Below are positions 10,515-19,768 of a stretch of DNA of 64,000 bases, one piece after another. Origin of the DNA: an uncultured bacterium (GTDB lineage: Bacteria > Campylobacterota > Campylobacteria > Campylobacterales > Sulfurovaceae); the NCBI GenBank assembly GCA_965544395.1, contig CBEUND010000001.1, forward strand, positions 6,875-70,874. Reading direction: 5' to 3'. The stretch's first letter is position 1. Each line of letters starts with the position of its first letter. The notes beneath the pieces were generated by a model, which saw nothing but the letters and a program-made list of their open reading frames with translations, did not search any database and was not told where the DNA came from. The position numbers and the translations under genes were made by a program.

Positions 10515-11562
10515 GACTCTTGTAGTTATTTTAATTTTACTGTTTTTGACAATAGTCATGACAAAGCGAGATAATAAGATCATTGATCTCCTTCTCTCTC
10601 TTGTCAATCCCATCAAGCAGACTTATACTAATATTACAAGAGATATTGGAGACAAAAGCCAAAGCTATGTCTACCAAAAAGAGAATATTCAAAGATTAAC
10701 TATAGAGAATAAACTCTTACGAACAAGACTTTTAGAACAAAAACACTATATCCAACAAGTAAAAGATCTCTACAAAAGAGTCCCATCTTTAGAAAGAATT
10801 CCTAGACGCAATGTAGATATTGTCCAAACTATATCATATGTAAAACTCAATAGCTTTAGTCAAATCATTTTGACAAAACCAAATAATTTGGAAGATAATG
10901 ATAAAAAGCTTTATGGTCTTATCCAAGATGATGTTGTTGCGGGTGTTGCACAACTCCACAACAATAATCTCTATGCGTCTCTCATCTCCAACAAAAGATG
11001 CCGTTTTTCTGTTTTCGTCGGAGAGAAAAAGGCAGTAGGGATCGCTATTGGTCTCGATACCAATGAGATGTTTGTGAAGTTTATCCCAAAGTGGTCAGAG
11101 ATAAAAAAAGGAGACAAAGTAGTTACAAGTGGACTTGATACTATCTTCTTCTCCAATATACCTGTAGGAGTAGTAGAGAGAGTAAAAGTCGAGAGTAGTT
11201 ATAAGATAGCATATATCAAAGTCTATGCTGATGTCTTAAAGCCAGACTACTTTTATCTGATAAAAGATGCTGCACCTACACTTACATCCAAATATGATGG
11301 AGAGTATTTTTCAGACCATAATAGTAGTATAATAGATAGCAACAATAGTATCAATAGTATCAATAGTATGTATGACCCAAATATCTCTAGTATCCCTTCA
11401 GTGCTTCCAAATAAGCCAGAGAATATTAGCCAAACGAATGATGAAGAGGTGAGGGTAGAACATCCAGAACCTCCAGCAGAAATTCCTAAAAAAGTAGTCA
11501 AGAAGAGAAAGAAAAAGGTAAAAAAAATAAGACTTAGAGTAGACAATATAGCTGACTTCTAA
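10504..11562 (+). CDS. mreC: Rod-shape-determining protein MreC with long low-complexity Ser/Asn- and Lys-rich C-terminal tail
   Basis: Overlaps the mreB stop. N-terminal TM, coiled coil and beta-barrel core (VVTSGLDTIF..IPVGVV). The last approximately 90 aa are SNNSINSINS...KKVVKKRKKKVKK. Confidence 0.85.
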   Translation: MKTKTLVVILILLFLTIVMTKRDNKIIDLLLSLVNPIKQTYTNITRDIGDKSQSYVYQKENIQRLTIENKLLRTRLLEQKHYIQQVKDLYKRVPSLERIPRRNVDIVQTISYVKLNSFSQIILTKPNNLEDNDKKLYGLIQDDVVAGVAQLHNNNLYASLISNKRCRFSVFVGEKKAVGIAIGLDTNEMFVKFIPKWSEIKKGDKVVTSGLDTIFFSNIPVGVVERVKVESSYKIAYIKVYADVLKPDYFYLIKDAAPTLTSKYDGEYFSDHNSSIIDSNNSINSINSMYDPNISSIPSVLPNKPENISQTNDEEVRVEHPEPPAEIPKKVVKKRKKKVKKIRLRVDNIADF

Positions 11563-11624
11563 GTATATAGACTCTATGCATCTCTACTCTTTTTGCATGC
11601 AGAAGCTATTAACCTATGATTTAG

Positions 11625-11630
11625 TATAAT
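11625..11630 (+). promoter_or_regulatory. Candidate -10 box (TATAAT) upstream of carB
   Basis: Exact TATAAT 30 nt upstream of ATG 11660, with an AGGGG ribosome-binding site between them. Confidence 0.3.
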
Positions 11631-11659
11631 ATCGTACTAAAATTTAGGGGTACAAATCC

Positions 11660-14600
11660 ATGCCAAAACGCGAAGATATCAAAACCATTCTACTTATAGG
11701 ATCTGGTCCTATCGTCATAGGGCAAGCCTGTGAGTTTGACTACTCGGGTACTCAAGCAGCAAAAACACTCAAGGAACTAGGGTACAGGGTTGTACTTATC
11801 AACTCAAATCCAGCGACGATCATGACAGATCCAGAGTTTGCACATCGTACATATATTGAACCTATTACAGAGGATGTCATAGCCAAGATCATCAAAAAAG
11901 AGAAAGTTGATGCTATACTCCCTACAATGGGAGGACAGACTGCACTCAATGTCGCTATGGCTATGTATGAAAAAAACATGCTCGATGGTGTAGAGTTTCT
12001 AGGAGCCAAACCAGAAGCTATCAAAAAAGGTGAAGATAGACAAGAGTTCAAAGAGGCGATGCTCAAGATAGGGATGGATCTACCTATCTCTCAATATGCT
12101 TACACCATGGATGAAGCTCTCGAAGCTGCTAAAAATATAGGCTTCCCACTCATTATCCGTGCATCTTATACACTTGCAGGGGGTGGAAGTGGTGTCGCTT
12201 ATAACATGGATGAGTACAAAGAGATAGTCAAGGGCGGTCTCGAAGCGAGTCCTATCACAGAGATCCTCATAGAAGAGTCGCTCCTTGGGTGGAAAGAGTA
12301 TGAGATGGAGGTTATCCGTGATAGAGAAGATAACTGTATCATCGTATGTTCTATCGAAAACTTCGACCCTATGGGAGTGCATACTGGTGATAGCATCACT
12401 ATCGCACCAGCCCTCACACTCACAGACAAAGAGTACCAACGCATGCGAGATGCCTCATTCAAGATACTACGAGAAGTAGGAGTCGATACAGGTGGCTCCA
12501 ATGTACAGTTCTCTATCAACCCAGAAAATGGTAGGATGATTGTCATAGAGATGAACCCAAGAGTGAGCCGCTCTTCTGCATTAGCTTCCAAGGCTACAGG
12601 ATACCCAATAGCCAAAGTAGCCACACTCCTAGCAGTAGGCTACACACTCGATGAGATCACCAATGACATCACAGGAACAGCTGCTAGTTTCGAGCCAGTG
12701 ATCGATTATGTCGTGACGAAAGTACCTCGTTTTACTTTTGAAAAGTTTCCTATGGCAGACAGTACACTCACTACAGCGATGAAGAGTGTCGGTGAAGTGA
12801 TGAGTATCGGTAGAACATTCAAAGAGTCGTTTCAAAAGGCTCTCTGTTCACTTGAGACTGGACTCATAGGGTTTAACAACATAGAGTGCGATGATGAGAA
12901 GCTGATACGAGAGATTAGGCGTTCTCATGGCAGAAGAGTTCTCTATCTCTACGAAGGATTGCGTAGAGGGCTTGCTGTAGATACGATCTATGATACTTGC
13001 CGTATAGATAGATGGTTCCTCTATCAACTCGAAGAGCTTGTGCAGAGTGAACAATCTATGGATATCGCTATGCTTTCTGATGAAACAAGATTCAGAAAAG
13101 TCAAGAGTGAAGGCTTCAGTGATGCGATGATAGCTCAAGTGATCAATGAAAAAGAGGGACTCACCCTCAGTGAAAATGATATCTATAGAGCCAGAGAAAA
13201 ACTCTCTATACTTTTGGAGTATAATGAGGTCGATACTTGTGCAGCGGAGTTCAAAGCACTCACACCCTATCTCTACTCTAGCACCAATATCACCAAAGTA
13301 CCACAAGCCCAAATAGCCTCATCGGATGAGAAAAAAGTACTCGTCATAGGTGGCGGCCCAAACCGTATCGGACAGGGTATAGAGTTTGACTACTGCTGTG
13401 TGCATGCATCGTTTGCTCTCGAAGATATGGGTATCAAATCAATCATGTACAACTGTAACCCCGAGACAGTCTCTACAGACTATGATACCTCTGATATACT
13501 CTACTTTGAGCCGATAGATTTCGAGCATGTTCGTAATGTCATAGAGTTGGAGAAGCCTGATGGAGTCATCGTGCACTTTGGTGGACAGACACCACTTAAA
13601 CTAGCCAAAAATCTCACAGCTATTGGTGCTAATATATCAGGTACCACTGCCAAAGTGATAGACTTAGCAGAGGATCGAGAGAAGTTCTCAGAGTTTATCA
13701 ATAAGCTAGGTCTCAAACAGCCAGACAATGGCACAGCATTTGCCAAGGATGAAGCGATGACTATAGCAAATCGCATAGGATACCCTGTATTGGTGAGACC
13801 AAGTTTTGTGCTTGGTGGTAGAGGTATGCGTACAGTCTACAACGATAGTGAATTGAGACAATATATGGATGAAGCAGTGAGGGTCTCTAACGATGCCCCT
13901 GTCTTGATAGATAAGTTCTTGGATAATGCTATAGAGTTGGATGTAGATGCTATAAGTGATGGTAGCGTAGTCTATATAGGCTCAGTAATGCAGCATATCG
14001 AAGAGGCTGGTATACACTCTGGCGACTCTGCATGTTCACTCCCTCCTGTATCTATCGCACAAGAGCTCCAAGAAGAGGTCAAACGACAAACAACAGATAT
14101 CGCACTAGGATTGGGTGTGGTAGGGTTGCTCAATATCCAATATGCTATCCACAAAGGGGAGATATACCTCATCGAAGTCAACCCAAGAGCATCAAGGACA
14201 GTACCATTTGTCTCTAAAGCTACAGGAGTACCACTCGCCAAAGTTGCTACAAGAGTTATGATACAAGGCGATCTCAAAGAGGCACTCAAATTTTATGATA
14301 CATTTGGCGTAGTGAACTTTGATAAAGATATTATGGAACCAACACTCAAAAACCATATAGCAGTCAAAGAGGCTGTTTTCCCATTCAACAAACTTCCAGG
14401 CTCTGACCTCATACTCGGTCCAGAGATGAAGTCTACAGGTGAAGTGATGGGGATCTCTGACAATTTTGGTATGAGCTTTGCCAAGAGTCAAGCAGCGAGC
14501 AAAAATAATATACCACTCGAAGGCAAAGTATTTATATCTGTCACAGAGATAGATAAGCCTTCCATAGGTGAAGTTGCCAAGATGTTTTGTCAACAAGGTT

Positions 14601-14920
14601 TTGAAATAGTGGCTACAGAGGGTACACACAGAGTTCTCAAAGAGGCTAGAGTCAACTCCACAAAAGTACTCAAGATATCAGATGGTCGTCCAAATATAGA
14701 TGATATGATCAGAAATGAAGAGATAGCACTCGCTATCAATACTAGTGATAACAAATCGAGTAAAGATGATGCGAAGACGATGAGACAATCTGTGTTGAGT
14801 AATAATGTACCATACTTCACTACTTTAGCAGCAGCCAAAGCAACAGCACTCGCTATCAAAGAGCTCAAAGCAACCGATGGTACATTGGAGCCAAAAGCTC
14901 TCCAAGACTACCTCTCATAA
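11660..14920 (+). CDS. carB: Carbamoyl-phosphate synthase large subunit
   Basis: 1086 aa with two homologous ATP-grasp halves ([18 protein letters not shown] / [18 protein letters not shown]) and a C-terminal MGS-like domain. Confidence 0.98.
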   Translation: MPKREDIKTILLIGSGPIVIGQACEFDYSGTQAAKTLKELGYRVVLINSNPATIMTDPEFAHRTYIEPITEDVIAKIIKKEKVDAILPTMGGQTALNVAMAMYEKNMLDGVEFLGAKPEAIKKGEDRQEFKEAMLKIGMDLPISQYAYTMDEALEAAKNIGFPLIIRASYTLAGGGSGVAYNMDEYKEIVKGGLEASPITEILIEESLLGWKEYEMEVIRDREDNCIIVCSIENFDPMGVHTGDSITIAPALTLTDKEYQRMRDASFKILREVGVDTGGSNVQFSINPENGRMIVIEMNPRVSRSSALASKATGYPIAKVATLLAVGYTLDEITNDITGTAASFEPVIDYVVTKVPRFTFEKFPMADSTLTTAMKSVGEVMSIGRTFKESFQKALCSLETGLIGFNNIECDDEKLIREIRRSHGRRVLYLYEGLRRGLAVDTIYDTCRIDRWFLYQLEELVQSEQSMDIAMLSDETRFRKVKSEGFSDAMIAQVINEKEGLTLSENDIYRAREKLSILLEYNEVDTCAAEFKALTPYLYSSTNITKVPQAQIASSDEKKVLVIGGGPNRIGQGIEFDYCCVHASFALEDMGIKSIMYNCNPETVSTDYDTSDILYFEPIDFEHVRNVIELEKPDGVIVHFGGQTPLKLAKNLTAIGANISGTTAKVIDLAEDREKFSEFINKLGLKQPDNGTAFAKDEAMTIANRIGYPVLVRPSFVLGGRGMRTVYNDSELRQYMDEAVRVSNDAPVLIDKFLDNAIELDVDAISDGSVVYIGSVMQHIEEAGIHSGDSACSLPPVSIAQELQEEVKRQTTDIALGLGVVGLLNIQYAIHKGEIYLIEVNPRASRTVPFVSKATGVPLAKVATRVMIQGDLKEALKFYDTFGVVNFDKDIMEPTLKNHIAVKEAVFPFNKLPGSDLILGPEMKSTGEVMGISDNFGMSFAKSQAASKNNIPLEGKVFISVTEIDKPSIGEVAKMFCQQGFEIVATEGTHRVLKEARVNSTKVLKISDGRPNIDDMIRNEEIALAINTSDNKSSKDDAKTMRQSVLSNNVPYFTTLAAAKATALAIKELKATDGTLEPKALQDYLS

Positions 14921-14925
14921 TAGTT

Positions 14926-15378
14926 ATGCCAAATAAAGAGTGGAGAGATTTTGTCTTCTTGACTCAGACCGATACAACTATCGGTCTCCTCTCACAAAAT
15001 GCTCAAAGACTCAGTGACATTAAACAACGCCCCGCTCACAAACACTATATAAGAGCTATAGCTTCACTCAAACAACTCAAAGCATCGACACGAGTACCAC
15101 AGATACACAAAAATCGTATCAGAAGATCGAAAAAAACCACCTTTATCTTCCCAAATGGAGACTCTTATCGTCTCATCAAAGACAAACAACACCTTCTACT
15201 GATAGAAAAGTTTGGATGGCTCTACACTACCTCTGCCAATCTTAGTGGAAGAGAGTATGATGAAGCGTTTGCCAAAAGTGTGGCAAATGTCATTGTAAGG
15301 TCTCCTAAAGATTTTCATCCACACTCCCCTTCAAAAGTAATGAAACTCAATAATATTAATATAAAAAGAGTCCGATAA
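14926..15378 (+). CDS. Short Sua5/YciO/YrdC-family domain protein
   Basis: TDTTIGL and TSANLSG motifs of the YrdC fold. Same position after carB as I recall in Campylobacter. Confidence 0.7.
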   Translation: MPNKEWRDFVFLTQTDTTIGLLSQNAQRLSDIKQRPAHKHYIRAIASLKQLKASTRVPQIHKNRIRRSKKTTFIFPNGDSYRLIKDKQHLLLIEKFGWLYTTSANLSGREYDEAFAKSVANVIVRSPKDFHPHSPSKVMKLNNINIKRVR

Positions 15379-15379
15379 C

Positions 15380-15796
15380 TTATTGTCTATTACTACGAGA
15401 TCTGTTATAACTTCTATGGTTGTTGCGATAGTTGTGTCGATTGCTATATTGACTTCTATTGGTATAGTACCCATAGCGTCCTACATTGGCTCTATATCTT
15501 CGCCCTCTATAGTATCTATAGCCATTATTATAATAGTGTCCATTATAGTAGCGTCTTCCATGATAGTAGTAGTAGCCATTTCTATAATAGCCACCATAGT
15601 AGTATCTCCCACGATAGTAGTAGTATGGTCTATCGTAGTAATATGGGTAGCTATATGATGTAGCTGCAAGTGCTACACCTGCTCCTACTACTGCACCTGT
15701 TGCGAGTGCTTGCTCTTCAGGTGTACATCCAGTAAACATCAATGATGAAGAGAGTGCAATCACTACTGTAATTTTTTTGAAATGTTTTTCTAACAT
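15380..15796 (-). CDS. Lipoprotein with a Gly/Ala-rich hydrophobic segment and an extreme Tyr/Arg/Gly/Asn-rich C-terminal region
   Basis: Signal peptide plus lipobox LMFTGC. Glycine-zipper-like ATGAVVGAGVALAAT. I count 32 Tyr and 19 Arg in the last 92 aa. AAGGAG Shine-Dalgarno 6 nt before the ATG. Confidence 0.75.
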   Translation of the reverse strand: MLEKHFKKITVVIALSSSLMFTGCTPEEQALATGAVVGAGVALAATSYSYPYYYDRPYYYYRGRYYYGGYYRNGYYYYHGRRYYNGHYYNNGYRYYRGRRYRANVGRYGYYTNRSQYSNRHNYRNNHRSYNRSRSNRQ

Positions 15797-15845
15797 GAGA
15801 ACTCCTTTTGTCTATAGTATATCTAAAAACAAAGATATTGTCTAT

Positions 15846-16004
15846 CTATAGTCCAAATAGTCTCAGCTTAAGATGGTGGAACCAAGATCTCTTTTTCTCT
15901 ACTTGAGGCTCCAGCTCTTGTTGTTTTTCTTGAGCTATTTCTAAACCTTTTGTAAGCAACCATTTAGCTCTTTTGAGTTTCTCTGCTCTAAAATTACTCT
16001 GCAT
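15846..16004 (-). CDS. Untracked 52-aa helical, charged small ORF overlapping the 3' end of the MotB-like gene
   Basis: Hand translation: MQSNFRAEKLKRAKWLLTKGLEIAQEKQQELEPQVEKKRSWFHHLKLRLFGL*. The ATG lies 11 nt inside the upstream gene, and AGAAGG sits 6 nt upstream. Below the 60-aa cutoff of the ORF track. Confidence 0.45.
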   Translation of the reverse strand: MQSNFRAEKLKRAKWLLTKGLEIAQEKQQELEPQVEKKRSWFHHLKLRLFGL

Positions 16005-17085
16005 CTAATACCTTCTCTATTTCATGCATAGCATCTTCATTTTTGAGTCTAAATTTGATCTCTATTCTTCTAGAAGCATCTTTGTCTTCTACACCATTTA
16101 CTTTTATAGTATCAAGATAGGCTCGTCCACTTGCAACCATCAATGGCTTGATATTATATTTCTCTGTAAACTTAAGTGTCAAGAGATAATTCATCACGGC
16201 AAACGCTCTTTGCTGTGATAGATCAAGATTGTAAAGATAGGAACCATCACTATCCGTATGTCCTTCAATGATGACCTTATCCAAGTGAGGTCGTATAGTA
16301 GGATTGGTCACTAATGTACTGATATACTCTTCAAATGCCTCTTTGAGTGTACCTTTTGCCTCCTCTTTGAGCTCGGCACTCCCTTTATCAAAAAAGATAT
16401 TTGAAGATAATCGTAACGAACCATTTTTAGAATCTATTGAGATTTTATCCCCTAGCTCCTCTTTGAGTGCAGCAATCACTTTGACTTTCATCCCCGTCAA
16501 ATTTTTAATCTTCGCTTTTTGGCTTTGAAGACTTTGGAGAATTCTATTATAATTTGTCTCTTTCTCATCGAGAGCATTCATAAGTTTGAGCATCTTTTTG
16601 TCTTTGAGTTTGATACTCTTGTTGGCATCTGTCATTTGATTGGAGAGGATCACTACTTTGTCTCTATACTTCTTCAACTCAGCCTTACTTTTTTTCTCCT
16701 CAATCTTCTTTTTATCAAGTAAATTTTGCATAATTACAATTTTATTATTGAGTTCATCTCTCTGTGTATTTGTGATGAGGAGTAATTTATTCAATTTTTT
16801 TATCTCTTCATCTTTGAAGTTGATAACACTTTTTTGTTTTTTGATTGTATCGTTTTTGACTTTTATTTCAGTTTTTCGTGCATGTAAATTCTTTTTTTGT
16901 TCTTTGAGCTCTATCTCTATATTACTCAATCTTCTCTCTTTTTCAGTAAGATGACTTTTGAGTATGATCGACTTGGAGACGATAGTACCTATCAAAAGTA
17001 TAAAGACAAATAACAATCCAGCCATCAAATCTGCATAAGAGATCCAAAAATTGCTAGAGTCACTACTCTTCTCTTTTGTAAACAT
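15994..17085 (-). CDS. MotB-like protein: N-terminal TM with conserved Asp, approximately 190-aa coiled coil, C-terminal OmpA-type peptidoglycan-binding domain
   Basis: WISYADLMAGLLFVFILL (MotB/ZorB/PomB-type plug and TM with Asp19). K/E-rich heptad-like middle region. IIEGHTDSDGSYLYNLDLSQQRA...ASRRIEIKF OmpA_C motif. Confidence 0.85.
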   Translation of the reverse strand: MFTKEKSSDSSNFWISYADLMAGLLFVFILLIGTIVSKSIILKSHLTEKERRLSNIEIELKEQKKNLHARKTEIKVKNDTIKKQKSVINFKDEEIKKLNKLLLITNTQRDELNNKIVIMQNLLDKKKIEEKKSKAELKKYRDKVVILSNQMTDANKSIKLKDKKMLKLMNALDEKETNYNRILQSLQSQKAKIKNLTGMKVKVIAALKEELGDKISIDSKNGSLRLSSNIFFDKGSAELKEEAKGTLKEAFEEYISTLVTNPTIRPHLDKVIIEGHTDSDGSYLYNLDLSQQRAFAVMNYLLTLKFTEKYNIKPLMVASGRAYLDTIKVNGVEDKDASRRIEIKFRLKNEDAMHEIEKVLDAE

Positions 17086-18207
17086 CTACTTTTCTGCTCT
17101 TTTTTCTTTATTATATTTCTCAAGTTGTAGTTTTCTCTGTATATCTCTATTTTGTTCACTTAAAAGAAAAGCAAAATCACCCAATTTTTCAACGATCTGT
17201 CCCACTTCGGAGTCGATTTTCTCAAAAGTATGCTCTACTGTCCCATCAAAACGATCAAGCGATTTGTGTAATTTCTCACTACTTTTACTAAAATCTTCAA
17301 TATTGGTTTTGATATGGGCAACTGCATTGATACTCTCTTCTCGACTCTGTACCATCTCTAGTGTCTCTCTGAGCTCTTTTGATGCGACTTGCATATTGTT
17401 ACTCAAAAGTGTAAAACTACTTGTAGTATCATCAATAATGGTTTTATAATTTTTCATATATTGTTCGTTGAGATCTTTGATGAAATCCAGATTGAATGTC
17501 TCTTTGAGCGTTTCGATTATCTGCTGATCTTTTAATTCACTCTGTATATGTTGGTGTTTGATGAGTTCACTCTTTTTCCATATTCTCCTGTTGTATATTC
17601 GCTCAAGGTCATGGATGTTTTTCTCTATTTTAGAACTCCCTCTCTTCTCGAAATATATCCAAAGAAGTGATAAAAATATCCCATATATAGAGGCATAAAA
17701 TGCTGTACCAATTCCTGATAAAAGAAGACTAATTTCTTGATCAAGAGCATCTAAATCTTTGACTGTAAAGTCAGGCATCGAAAGAGCAATCGCGATAAAA
17801 GTCCCCAAGATACCCAACATAGGGAAGACACTTGGAGCCACCTTTGAAAAGTTATCATTTCTTAAATCTTTGTAATACTCTGCCATAAATTCATGAAGAT
17901 TGAGTGTCGATTTTGTCTCTCCCATAATCTTCAATGCATTATCCTCCATAGCTCTTTGAAGATCCACTTCCATATGTGCGAATGAACCTCTCATTTGGCA
18001 TACAGCATAGTTAGCATTATGTTTGATAAAAAATGTAAATATAAAAAATATAAAAAATATTATCAGGAGTGTATGCATCTCCACATGAAGTGGTACAAAT
18101 CCAAAATGAGCAACAAGCAATCCAAATATAAATAAGAATGGAAAAATAAATATTGCGAAAAATTGTGAAAAACAGTGTTGTTCATCCACTGTATCTGATG
18201 ATATCAT
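17086..18207 (-). CDS. MotA/ExbB/TolQ-family proton-channel protein with approximately 185-aa cytoplasmic coiled-coil tail
   Basis: Two N-terminal TM helices, a loop, then the channel signature MLGILGTFIAIALSM...LLLSGIGTAFYASIYGIFLSLLW. The C-terminal half is charged and helical. Its stop TAG directly abuts the ATG of the MotB-like gene. Confidence 0.8.
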   Translation of the reverse strand: MISSDTVDEQHCFSQFFAIFIFPFLFIFGLLVAHFGFVPLHVEMHTLLIIFFIFFIFTFFIKHNANYAVCQMRGSFAHMEVDLQRAMEDNALKIMGETKSTLNLHEFMAEYYKDLRNDNFSKVAPSVFPMLGILGTFIAIALSMPDFTVKDLDALDQEISLLLSGIGTAFYASIYGIFLSLLWIYFEKRGSSKIEKNIHDLERIYNRRIWKKSELIKHQHIQSELKDQQIIETLKETFNLDFIKDLNEQYMKNYKTIIDDTTSSFTLLSNNMQVASKELRETLEMVQSREESINAVAHIKTNIEDFSKSSEKLHKSLDRFDGTVEHTFEKIDSEVGQIVEKLGDFAFLLSEQNRDIQRKLQLEKYNKEKRAEK

Positions 18208-18385
18208 TTGGCTTCCTCGGAAATTCTATTGTAATATTTTTTAATTATAGGAGAATAAGATTAATAAAGGGTAAAATATCTCAAAAATTACACTATCAAA
18301 AATCAATAATAATAATTTTTCGATATAATACGCAACTTTATATGTTGCTAACATTAGAGATAAACTATTACATATCGGAGAAAGC

Positions 18386-19756
18386 TTGATGTTTGCTCTA
18401 CCTAAGATCATACTAGCACTACTCATCACAACAGGAGTCACGATGGCTAATTCATTGCCAAAATATTTCACAAAAACACTCAAAAACAAGATGCAAATAG
18501 TCGTTATCCCTATGGATAACGATTCAGGAGTCATCACTACGGATATATACTATCGTGTAGGGAGTCGCAACGAAATCATGGGTAAGAGTGGTATCGCTCA
18601 TATGCTCGAACATATGAATTTTAAATCTACCAAGAAGTATAAAGCAGGGGAGTTTGATACTATAGTCAAGAGCCACGGTGGAGTCAACAATGCGAGTACT
18701 GGCTTTGACATGACACACTACTTTATCAAGATAGCGAATAAAAATCTCGATATGACACTCGATCTTTTCAGCGAATTGATGCAGAACCTCTCACTCAAAG
18801 ATGAAGAGTTCCAAAAAGAGCGAAAAGTCGTAGCAGAAGAGCGAAGATGGAGAACAGACAACAACCCTATGGGATATCTCTATTTTCGTATCTTCAACAT
18901 GCAATATACTTATCACCCCTACCACTGGCTACCTATAGGATTTATGGAGGATATCCAATCATGGTCGATAGAGGATATCAGAGAGTTTCACCACAAATAC
19001 TATCAACCAGAGAATGCGATATTGATAGTGGCAGGGGATATCAAACCAGCAGAAGTATTTGATAGAGCCGAGCACTATTTCGGCTCTATCAAAAACGAAC
19101 ATCCTATCCCTCTAGTCAAAGCAGTAGAACCACCAAACGATGGGCAGAAGAGAGCTATCTTACACAAAGATAACAACAAAGTAGATACGCTAGCGATCAC
19201 TTATGCTATCCCCAACTATGAGCATAGCGATCAAGTAGCACTCTCAGCTATCAGTGAGATACTTAGTGCAGGCAAGAGTAGTCGTTTGGAGAAAAGTATC
19301 ATCCAAGAGAAGCATTTGGCAAATATGGTCACAGCTTACAATATGGAGCTTAGAGACCCAGGAGTCTTCCTCATCATGGCACTCTGCAACGATGGCGTAA
19401 GTGCTACGGAGGTAGAAAAAGAGATACTCGTCGAGCTAGAACGCCTCAAAAATGGAGATGTAACACAAGAGGAGTTAGAGAAACTCAAGATCAATGCCAA
19501 AGCAGACTTCATCTACTCACTAGAGAGCTCTAGCTCTGTAGCATCGCTCTTTGGACAATACCTCGCCAAAGGCAATATCAAACCTCTACTTGAGTATGAA
19601 GAGAGATTGGATAAGCTGACAGTAGATGAGATAAGTCGAGTTGCCAAGAAATATTTTGATAACAACAGCTCTACGACAGTGATACTCAAAAAAACTGAAG
19701 AGGAAAAGAGTGCGTCAGCAATCGACGATAGTAATGCAACCAAATCAAGTAAATAA
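18386..19756 (+). CDS. M16-family (pitrilysin/PqqL-like) zinc peptidase, secreted
   Basis: Inverted zinc motif HMLEHMNF (HxxEH), a signal-peptide-like N-terminus, and two M16 halves. Precedes dapA, as I recall in Campylobacter and Helicobacter. ATG at 18389 follows the tracked TTG. Confidence 0.88.
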   Translation: MMFALPKIILALLITTGVTMANSLPKYFTKTLKNKMQIVVIPMDNDSGVITTDIYYRVGSRNEIMGKSGIAHMLEHMNFKSTKKYKAGEFDTIVKSHGGVNNASTGFDMTHYFIKIANKNLDMTLDLFSELMQNLSLKDEEFQKERKVVAEERRWRTDNNPMGYLYFRIFNMQYTYHPYHWLPIGFMEDIQSWSIEDIREFHHKYYQPENAILIVAGDIKPAEVFDRAEHYFGSIKNEHPIPLVKAVEPPNDGQKRAILHKDNNKVDTLAITYAIPNYEHSDQVALSAISEILSAGKSSRLEKSIIQEKHLANMVTAYNMELRDPGVFLIMALCNDGVSATEVEKEILVELERLKNGDVTQEELEKLKINAKADFIYSLESSSSVASLFGQYLAKGNIKPLLEYEERLDKLTVDEISRVAKKYFDNNSSTTVILKKTEEEKSASAIDDSNATKSSK

Positions 19757-19768
19757 ATAGGATAGAGA

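Noticed and set aside
15383-15658. 91-aa plus-strand ORF (Ile/Val/Ser-rich) and a 62-aa minus-strand ORF inside the Tyr-rich lipoprotein gene
   Set aside because: These are mirror-image or shifted readings of the repetitive TAT/TAC/CGT codons (ATA/GTA on the opposite strand). They have no Shine-Dalgarno sequence and lie entirely within a better-supported gene that has a signal peptide and lipobox.
15994-18207. Calling the MotA/MotB-like pair a bona fide Zorya anti-phage system
   Set aside because: Only the stator-like half is present. No ZorC/ZorD (type I), ZorE (type II) or ZorF/G-like gene is adjacent, and the A-subunit tail is far shorter than I recall for ZorA. It is kept as 'Zorya-like architecture, function unknown'.
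18241-18537. 98-aa minus-strand ORF across the M16 protease start, and the 78-aa plus-strand ORF at 18153-18389
   Set aside because: They overlap the divergent promoter region and the 5' ends of supported genes. They are hydrophobic, low-complexity and AT-driven, with no Shine-Dalgarno sequence.
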